64,000 bases of DNA from an uncultured Gammaproteobacteria bacterium (lineage in GTDB: Bacteria > Patescibacteriota > Microgenomatia > UBA10105 > UBA927): positions 705,319 through 769,318 of the forward strand of contig CAZVTT010000001.1 in the NCBI GenBank assembly GCA_964629685.1. The letters run 5' to 3'. The notes beneath the pieces are model-generated. The model was given only the letters and a program-made list of their open reading frames with translations, had not been told where the DNA came from and searched no databases. Both the position numbers and the translations under genes were made by a program. How positions within the stretch are numbered: the stretch's first letter is position 1; every line of letters begins with the position of its first letter. Below are positions 56,902-64,000 of this stretch, piece after piece.

Positions 56902-57840
56902 ATGAATACGGATATGAAGGAATCAAAAAAAATTGCGGTTATACTGGTGAATTGGAATGGTAAACACGACACGTTAACCTGTCTGAAATCACTGGAGCTG
57001 TTGGATACCGGTGTGCACCACGTAAATATTATTGTGGTTGATAACGGTTCTACCGACGGATCGGTTGCTGCAATTTCGGAAAAGTATCCCGAGGTAAATA
57101 TTATCGAATCGTCTGATAATACCGGATTCACCGGAGGAAATAATTTGGGAATTGAACTGGCACTTACTCAGAGCGCAGATATCGTTTGGCTGCTGAATAA
57201 CGATACTATAGTAGATTCCCATGCCCTGTTACCGCTGGTGGATGAACTTACAAAAAAAGAAATCGGAATTGTAGGGTCAAAAATATTTTTTATGTCCGGG
57301 CGTGAGTTTCATAAAGAGCGATATAAAGAATCGGAAAAGGGTAAAGTTATTTGGTATGCAGGAGGAGTCATAGATTGGAAAAACGTGTATGCCAGTCATA
57401 AGGGCGTAGATGAAGTTGATGTGGGGCAATTTAAAGATACGGAATCAACTCCATTCGTGAGTGGTTGTTCCATGGCGATCCGTAGGGATGTGCTTGAGAC
57501 AGTGGGTGTGTTTGATACCAGGTACTATTTGTATTTTGAGGATATAGATCTTTGTCTAAGGGCAAAGCGGAAAAAATACCGACTACATTTCGTTCCGGAT
57601 TCTATCGTTTGGCATAAAAACGCCGGTTCATCGGATAAACCCGGTAATCCTTTGCATAATTATTACCTAACGCGGAATAGATTTTTGTTCGGTTTTACGT
57701 ATGCATCCTGGCGAACAAAACGGGCTCTCCTTATTGAAGCATGGCGTATATTTACAACCGGTACGGTAGAGCAACGTGCTGCCGTCCGCGACTTGTTTTT
57801 ACTGAGATTCGGAGGACGATTTACATGGCAGAGTCAGTAA
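56902..57840 (+). CDS. GT2 (WbbL/rhamnosyltransferase-like)
   Basis: VNWNG, VDNGSTD, NTGFTGGNN, LLNNDT, SGCSM, YFEDIDLC and RNR. Confidence 0.9.
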   Translation: MNTDMKESKKIAVILVNWNGKHDTLTCLKSLELLDTGVHHVNIIVVDNGSTDGSVAAISEKYPEVNIIESSDNTGFTGGNNLGIELALTQSADIVWLLNNDTIVDSHALLPLVDELTKKEIGIVGSKIFFMSGREFHKERYKESEKGKVIWYAGGVIDWKNVYASHKGVDEVDVGQFKDTESTPFVSGCSMAIRRDVLETVGVFDTRYYLYFEDIDLCLRAKRKKYRLHFVPDSIVWHKNAGSSDKPGNPLHNYYLTRNRFLFGFTYASWRTKRALLIEAWRIFTTGTVEQRAAVRDLFLLRFGGRFTWQSQ

Positions 57841-58580
57841 CGATTACTGCAATTATTATTGCCAAGAATGAAGCGGAACTTATTCCGCTTTGTTTGTCCG
57901 GCCTTTCCTGGGTAGACGAAATAATTGTAATTGATAATATTTCCAGTGATGAGACTGTATCACTTGCAAAAAAAGCTGGCGCGAAGGTGTTTACGGTTTC
58001 ATCGAATGATTTTTCCGTATTACGCACTGCGGGTTTACATCACGCTCGCGGCACCTGGGTTCTGTATATAGATGCAGATGAACGGGTAACCCCTGCATTA
58101 AAACAGGAAATATTGGGTATCATTGCAGCCGGAGAAAAAGCCCATATTACCGGATATTATGTACAACGAAATAATATTTATCTGGGGCACCCGTGGCCCA
58201 CGCGCGATAAAATGCAGCGTTTATTTTTGAAAAATGCGTTTAAGGGGTGGCATGGGAAATTACACGAAAGCGCGGAAATTGAAGGGAGCTATGGTACGTT
58301 AACAGAACCTTTACTGCACTATACGCACCGAAGCCTGGAGCAGATGGCGGCCAAAACAAATGAATGGTCGGAGGTAGAAGCCGATCTGCGACTGCAGGCA
58401 CATCATCCTCCCGTGGTATGGTGGCGCTTAATACGGGTATTTGTGACCGGTTTTTTTGCAACGTTTGTTGCTCAAAAAGGATGGAAAGCCGGTACGGTAG
58501 GTTGGATCGAAAGTATATATCAGGGATTCAGTTACGTCGTTACCTATGCCAAGCTTTGGGAAAAACAACAGACTGCATAA
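57825..58580 (+). CDS. GT2 (beta-1,4-glucosyltransferase/WaaE-like)
   Basis: IAKNE, WVDEIIVID, WVLYIDADE, RLF and LHE. Start ATG 57825 follows GGAGG. Confidence 0.9.
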   Translation: MAESVTITAIIIAKNEAELIPLCLSGLSWVDEIIVIDNISSDETVSLAKKAGAKVFTVSSNDFSVLRTAGLHHARGTWVLYIDADERVTPALKQEILGIIAAGEKAHITGYYVQRNNIYLGHPWPTRDKMQRLFLKNAFKGWHGKLHESAEIEGSYGTLTEPLLHYTHRSLEQMAAKTNEWSEVEADLRLQAHHPPVVWWRLIRVFVTGFFATFVAQKGWKAGTVGWIESIYQGFSYVVTYAKLWEKQQTA

Positions 58581-60894
58581 CTATTTAAAACCGGGAAAAC
58601 TACTGCCGTTTGCCGTGGTTATTTGCCTTTGGTTGTTTTTTTCTGCGCCGTTTTGGTTAAAAGACTTAATGCCTTTCCCGACCAAGTACCTGGTTTCATT
58701 TTTTCCGCCCTGGAGCGCTTCCTATGCTATGCCGGTTAAGAATGCGGCTATGCCGGATGTGATTACGCAAATATATCCTTGGAAATATTTAACCATACAA
58801 ACCTGGAGTCTGGCACAAATACCGTTGTGGAACCCGTATAGTTTTGCTGGAACATTTCAGGCGGCAAATTATCAATCGGCCGTATTTTCGCCGTTTAATA
58901 TATTTTATGCGATGTTTCCGCCGTCCGTCGCTTGGAGCGTGGTAGTGCTGCTGCAACCGTTACTGGCAGGTTGGGGTATGTATTTGCTGCTCAGAGCACT
59001 CGGACGATCCAGGTTGGCCCGTATTGTCGGCAGTGTCGCATTTATGTTTTGTGGTTTTATGACTACCTGGATGGCGTATGGAACGCTGGGGCATGCTGCG
59101 TTATGGTTACCCTGGATATTTGCCGTTGTGTTGCAGTACGAACGTAAACCCGGATTCTTGTGGGGGGCATGTCTGGCGTTCGGATTGGCATTATCTTTTT
59201 TATCCGGACATTTTCAGATAAGCCTGTATGTAGCTGCCGCCACGCTTCTATTTATTCTCTTCAGAATGCGTTGGGGTCTATTAGGACGCAAAGGGATAAA
59301 CGCTTTGGGGTTTGTTTTAACAGGAGTATTGATTTCGCTGCCTCAATTATGGCTTACGCTGGATGCCTACACGCAATCTGTCCGCAGCAGCAGTTTTGTG
59401 AAGGGTGAAATTATTCCCTGGTCATACCTGGTAACCATGATTGCTCCAGATTTTTATGGAAATCCGGTAACCAGGAATGATTGGTTCGGTCATTACGCGG
59501 AGTGGGCGACGTATGTTGGGGTTGTTCCATGGATATTGGCAATGGTTGCCATTTTTTTCCGTAGGACGAAAGAAACGGTTGTATTTATGTTGATTGCGCT
59601 GGGAGGTTTGTTATTGGCACTTCCTACCCCTTTTTCCGACGTGCTGTTTATGTTAAGGATTCCTGTTTTGTCCACTAGTGCCGCATCACGCATAGTCATA
59701 CTGGTGAGTTTCTCCTTGTCGGTTCTGGCGGCGTTCGGCTTTGACGTCATAAAAGAAACTATTCCTACAGTCCAGCGGAAACGCTATTGGTGGTTTATCG
59801 GGGGGATAGGCGGTTTGTGGATCATTATTTGGACAATATTGCTGGTGTTTCATCCGTTGGAAGCGGAAAAAATGGCAGTGGCAAAGCGGAATCTGATATT
59901 GCCGTCAATAACTATGATAACGGGTTTGGTTTGTCTTTTTTTCGTTACGTATACCCGGAAAGCATGGCGGAATATCGGACTGCTCCTGTTAGTTATCATT
60001 TCCGTTTTGGAAATGTACAGATACGTAACCAAATGGTTACCGTTTGAACCGGAAGAATATTTCTATCCCGAAACGGCAGTGCTTGGATATTTAACGAAGC
60101 GGGTAGGAAATGAACGTGTGTTCGGAAATATCGGTGGAGAAGTCGGTGTGCGCTTTAATATTCCTCTGATTGAAGGATATGATGCCATGTACCAGGGGAG
60201 ATATGGAGAATTTATCCGATCTGCAGGTTCCGGCAAATACGAACAGTCCGGCAGATCCGTAGTTAATTTAGAAAAGCATGGGTTATATGCGGAGCAGGTA
60301 CTACAAATGCTCGGCGTACGGTACGTGGTTCACCGTAAGAGTGATGGCAGAAGTCCCTGGGCTTATCCTGTTTGGCTGTTTGATCATTATAGACAGGTGT
60401 ACACGGATGACTATTATGAAGTATATGAAAATACTAAAGCGCTTCCCCGGGTTTATCTGGCCTCGGACATATTTGTCAGAAGCGCGAAAGAAGATATTCT
60501 TACTACCGTATTTTCACCGGAGTTTAATTACGCGACTACTGTAGTATTGGAATCGAGTCCAACACAAACGCCGGCCACGGGAAACGGCAGGGCACAAATA
60601 GTGTCGTATTCGCCAAACACGGTTAGCATCACGTCAGAATCTGAAGTCCCGAAAGTATTAGTATTATCGGATGTATACGAAAAGGGATGGAAAGCGACGG
60701 TAAACGGCGTTCCCGTTCCCGTATATAGAGCAAATTATGCGTTTCGGGCAGTGTCTGTTCCCGCCGGTAAAGTGACGGTAGAATTTATGTACCAACCGAA
60801 TGGTGTCCGTTATGGTTTACCGATAGCCGGATTGGTGATGATTCTGCTTTTTGGTGGGTTGATAAAACAATGGTATGAAAATAGGCATCTATAA
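58546..60894 (+). CDS. YfhO-family GT-C membrane protein
   Basis: D-x-x-x-QIYPW, PLWNPYSFAG, GHFQ, PDFYGNP, GYD, ALPRVY and GWKATVNG...ANYAFRAV. Confidence 0.88.
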   Translation: MPSFGKNNRLHNYLKPGKLLPFAVVICLWLFFSAPFWLKDLMPFPTKYLVSFFPPWSASYAMPVKNAAMPDVITQIYPWKYLTIQTWSLAQIPLWNPYSFAGTFQAANYQSAVFSPFNIFYAMFPPSVAWSVVVLLQPLLAGWGMYLLLRALGRSRLARIVGSVAFMFCGFMTTWMAYGTLGHAALWLPWIFAVVLQYERKPGFLWGACLAFGLALSFLSGHFQISLYVAAATLLFILFRMRWGLLGRKGINALGFVLTGVLISLPQLWLTLDAYTQSVRSSSFVKGEIIPWSYLVTMIAPDFYGNPVTRNDWFGHYAEWATYVGVVPWILAMVAIFFRRTKETVVFMLIALGGLLLALPTPFSDVLFMLRIPVLSTSAASRIVILVSFSLSVLAAFGFDVIKETIPTVQRKRYWWFIGGIGGLWIIIWTILLVFHPLEAEKMAVAKRNLILPSITMITGLVCLFFVTYTRKAWRNIGLLLLVIISVLEMYRYVTKWLPFEPEEYFYPETAVLGYLTKRVGNERVFGNIGGEVGVRFNIPLIEGYDAMYQGRYGEFIRSAGSGKYEQSGRSVVNLEKHGLYAEQVLQMLGVRYVVHRKSDGRSPWAYPVWLFDHYRQVYTDDYYEVYENTKALPRVYLASDIFVRSAKEDILTTVFSPEFNYATTVVLESSPTQTPATGNGRAQIVSYSPNTVSITSESEVPKVLVLSDVYEKGWKATVNGVPVPVYRANYAFRAVSVPAGKVTVEFMYQPNGVRYGLPIAGLVMILLFGGLIKQWYENRHL

Positions 60895-61921
60895 TCCGTA
60901 TCTTAATACGCTTGGCGGTGGAGAATACTATCTGCTTTCCGTTGCGGCTGCTTTGGCAGAACGACACGATGTAAGTGTTTTTTGGAATGATTCCACAATA
61001 CTTTCCAAAATAGGAGTGCGGTTTGGTTTAGCTACGGAAAAAATCCGGATTGTCCCAAATTTCTGGACGGATTCACTGGTACGGAAACTTTCTGCCAGTG
61101 CAGACTATGACGCCATATTGTGGGTTACTGACGGAAGCATACCCGTTACGTTAGCACAAAAATTGATAGTAGTAGCACAGTATCCTTTTCCGGGTCCTGT
61201 CTCGCTCGGCCAAAGAATAAAGCTTCACAGAACGACAGCGGTAGTATGTTATTCGGAATTCGTAAAACAACACATTGATGTTCGCTGGGGCGTACAGGCA
61301 AAGGTTATTACCCCCGGTATAAATATTCATGAGTATGCTACCGAAGCCAAACAACCGGTAATACTGTCTGTGGGCAGATTTACCCGGGGAAAAAATGCAA
61401 AAAAGCACGAAGAAATGATTACGGCGTTTAAGCATGTTAGGCATAGGGGTATTCCCTTGTCACTCGTATTGGCCGGCGCGGTATTACCTGATGATGAAGC
61501 GTACGTGCGGGAAATTTCCACTTTGACCTCCGGGTATCCTATCAGCCTGAAAACAAATATTCCGGTTACTGAGCTCCGTAAGTTATATGCTTCCTCCTTG
61601 TTCTATTGGCATGCAGCAGGATATGGTGAAAATCTGGATACCCATCCCGAAAGGGCCGAACATTTCGGTATAACTACGGTAGAAGCCATGGCTTCCGGTT
61701 GTATCCCCTGCGTGTTTTCCGGCGGAGGGCAGAAGGAAATTGTCCGGAATGGTATAGATGGGTTTACCTGGACAACTATTCCTGAATTAGTAACTATAAC
61801 GGCATCGGCTTATCGGAACCGTACGGATTGGGAGCCTATGGCAAAAGCCGCCAGATTACGGTCCGAAGATTACAGAATAGAGAAAACGGTGCGGCAATTT
61901 ACAGCACTCATAGAAGGGTAA
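60875..61921 (+). CDS. GT4 glycosyltransferase (Alg11-like signature)
   Basis: YLNTLGGGE, SVGRF, KKH and EHFGITTVEAMASG. Confidence 0.9.
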   Translation: MKIGIYNPYLNTLGGGEYYLLSVAAALAERHDVSVFWNDSTILSKIGVRFGLATEKIRIVPNFWTDSLVRKLSASADYDAILWVTDGSIPVTLAQKLIVVAQYPFPGPVSLGQRIKLHRTTAVVCYSEFVKQHIDVRWGVQAKVITPGINIHEYATEAKQPVILSVGRFTRGKNAKKHEEMITAFKHVRHRGIPLSLVLAGAVLPDDEAYVREISTLTSGYPISLKTNIPVTELRKLYASSLFYWHAAGYGENLDTHPERAEHFGITTVEAMASGCIPCVFSGGGQKEIVRNGIDGFTWTTIPELVTITASAYRNRTDWEPMAKAARLRSEDYRIEKTVRQFTALIEG

Positions 61922-64000
61922 ATGATAACAAAACGCGTAAAATATTATATTGCTTTATTGGTATTGGTAATTGCTGCCTTAGGCTTTTTTAAAGATACCT
62001 GGGTGCAGGGAAAATTGCCGATTCCGACGGATGCTATGGTTGGTCTGTATCATCCGTATCGGGATACTTTTGCGGAGCAGTTCCCCCGTGGTGTTCCGTT
62101 TAAAAATTTTTTGACAACCGATCCGATCCGACAGCAAATACCTTGGCGTAAGTTAGCCGTGGACCAATGGAAACAAGGCAATATACCCTGGTGGAATCCA
62201 AGCTCCTTTTCCGGTATGCCCATGGCAGCAAACATTCAGGCAGCGGTATTTTATCCGTTAAATATTGTTTTTTTTGCGCTTCCGTTTCCGACTGCTTGGA
62301 CCATCCTTATTATCCTTCAGCCATTAATGGCTGCGTTATTCATGTTTGTCTATCTGCGGGGTCGATCATTTAGGTTGGCTTCTGCTACATTCGGAAGTGT
62401 AATCTGGGCGTTTTGCGGATTTCATATTTCGTGGCTTACATGGGGTACTATTAATCACGTTACTTTATGGATCCCGTTAGCACTATTCTGCGCCGACATA
62501 CTGCGAAAAGCGGCAGATGCGCCCACGCCAAAGGGATCCTTTCTTAAGCAAATGGTATCTCACGTAAATGTCCTGGCAGGACCGGCTCTGGCTCTGGGGG
62601 GAATCATGACTTTGCAGGTGTTTGCCGGCCATATCCAGATGGCGTTGTATAGTATTGTCCTTATTATTTGCTACATTATTTTTTTTCCTGCAGACAGAAG
62701 CAAACATAAAATTAATAGAGTACGATTAAGTATCGGCTTGGGCACCGTTGTTGTTTCTACCGCTCTGATATCCGCTATTCAGTTAATCCCATTGGGATTG
62801 TTACTGGCTCAATCCAGCAGAGTTGATCAGTTCTTGAATTGGCAAAAGGAAGGGTGGTTTTTACCGTGGCAACATCTGGTGCAGTTTATAGCTCCGGATT
62901 TCTTCGGGAATCCTGCGACATTAAACTATTGGGGAATATGGAATTATGGTGAATTTATCGGATATATAGGACTGATTCCGTTCACATTTGCACTTTCTGC
63001 GTTACTTCAAGCAAGGAGAAATCAGTTTGTCCGTTTTTGGGGAAGCATACTTGGGTTAACTTTGTTATTCATGCTCCCATGGTTCGGTTCTGAGATGCTC
63101 TATATTTTGCATTTGCCGGTTCTGTCCGTACTGCAACCTACCCGGTTGATGGTTATCGTTTCTCTTTCACTTGTGGTACTCGCGGTATACGGATTTGATG
63201 AATGGATGAAATTGCGGCTTATACCCAAAAAGACGGTTGCCATACTGAGTTTAGTTTTCCTATTGTTGTGGGGGTTTATTTATTTTTCAGGGCGTCACGC
63301 ATCCGGAGACCTTTTGACAAATATATTGGTTACCAAAAGAAACATGGTAATTCCTTCCGGATTATTTTTAATTGAGATAGTGGTGCTTATTGCAGCGCAG
63401 TTCAGTATACGACTGCATGATAGGAAATTTTTTTCCGGTTTGGTGCTGGTGGTATTTATGTTGGCATTAGCGGATTTATACCGGATGGGTTGGAAATTCG
63501 TACCATTTACGGATCCCCGGTATTTTTATCCGGAATCTAAAGCGATTACCTTTCTGCAGCTACAGCCTAAACCATTCAGGATAATGACTACAGATGACAG
63601 AATCCTGGCACCGAATATATCCGGATATTACCATCTGGAAAGTATAGAAGGATATGATCCCCTGTATCTAAGCAGATACGAACGGTTAATAGCCGCTTCG
63701 GAGAAGGGTTCTGCCGACGTAAATCCACCATATGGTTACAATCGGATTATTACTCCCCGCAATGTTACCTCACCTGTTATCCCGTTACTAAATGTGAAAT
63801 ATGTATTGTCTCTGACGGAAATTAATACTCCCAACTTGAGTGAAGTATTTCGCGAAGGGACTACCAGAATCTATGAATTAACATCCACATTACCCCGCGC
63901 ATATTTTGCTGCCACGGTAAAGCGCGTGGGTCCGGGGGAAGATGTTTTAGCAAAATTGTTTTTGCCAGAATTTACAGGAACAACAGCCTGGGTAGAAGAA
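61922..64000 (+). CDS. Second YfhO-family membrane protein, truncated by the window end (absent from the ORF track)
   Basis: ATG directly follows the upstream TAA and reads MITKRVKYYIALLVLV...VPFKNFLTTDPIRQQIPWRK...PWWNPSSFSG. Later PDFFGNP, GYDP and LPRAY parallel the 58546 protein. Confidence 0.85.
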   Translation, partial: MITKRVKYYIALLVLVIAALGFFKDTWVQGKLPIPTDAMVGLYHPYRDTFAEQFPRGVPFKNFLTTDPIRQQIPWRKLAVDQWKQGNIPWWNPSSFSGMPMAANIQAAVFYPLNIVFFALPFPTAWTILIILQPLMAALFMFVYLRGRSFRLASATFGSVIWAFCGFHISWLTWGTINHVTLWIPLALFCADILRKAADAPTPKGSFLKQMVSHVNVLAGPALALGGIMTLQVFAGHIQMALYSIVLIICYIIFFPADRSKHKINRVRLSIGLGTVVVSTALISAIQLIPLGLLLAQSSRVDQFLNWQKEGWFLPWQHLVQFIAPDFFGNPATLNYWGIWNYGEFIGYIGLIPFTFALSALLQARRNQFVRFWGSILGLTLLFMLPWFGSEMLYILHLPVLSVLQPTRLMVIVSLSLVVLAVYGFDEWMKLRLIPKKTVAILSLVFLLLWGFIYFSGRHASGDLLTNILVTKRNMVIPSGLFLIEIVVLIAAQFSIRLHDRKFFSGLVLVVFMLALADLYRMGWKFVPFTDPRYFYPESKAITFLQLQPKPFRIMTTDDRILAPNISGYYHLESIEGYDPLYLSRYERLIAASEKGSADVNPPYGYNRIITPRNVTSPVIPLLNVKYVLSLTEINTPNLSEVFREGTTRIYELTSTLPRAYFAATVKRVGPGEDVLAKLFLPEFTGTTAWVEE

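Noticed and set aside
13670-62707. Many short antisense and alternate-frame ORFs in the track
   Set aside because: They lie within well-supported genes and have no recognisable motifs, so they are shadow ORFs.
1-64000. Alternative genetic code 25 (UGA=Gly)
   Set aside because: TGA ends many full-length genes in ATGA overlaps, and the ORFs are complete under code 11.

Overview
This 64 kb bacterial window uses genetic code 11 and is devoted almost entirely to cell-surface glycan synthesis. The protein families, densely overlapping ATGA-coupled genes and scarce Shine-Dalgarno sites suggest a Patescibacteria/CPR (Microgenomates-like) genome; this is inference, not a database result. Block 1 (1-13081) is AT-rich and mostly on the minus strand: GT4, GT14, GT2, a GT4-GT4 fusion, archaeal-type DUF2206- and DUF1616-like proteins and a GH39-like hydrolase. 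Block 2 starts with a divergent regulatory region (13082-13509) holding a near-consensus sigma70 promoter, phased repeats and a candidate structured RNA. It continues as a ~21 kb plus-strand run: small Xis/BldC-like HTH, dual-domain GT2 synthase, flippase-GT4 fusion, kinase, methyltransferase, deacetylase, pyruvyltransferase, three paralogous GT2s, three GT-C proteins, an orphan clan GH-A-like protein, two paralogous surface proteins and a sortase. Block 3 (35050-64000) has a CAP protein, rmlACBD, ugd, a GDP-sugar SDR, polyprenyl-phosphate-sugar synthases, Wzx and many GT-C/YfhO-like membrane transferases. Block 2 is the best candidate for an undescribed system: a self-contained glycan-synthesis, modification, transfer and sortase-display locus. 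No rRNA, tRNA, CRISPR array, transposase or integrase was seen. All product calls come from motif recognition by eye.
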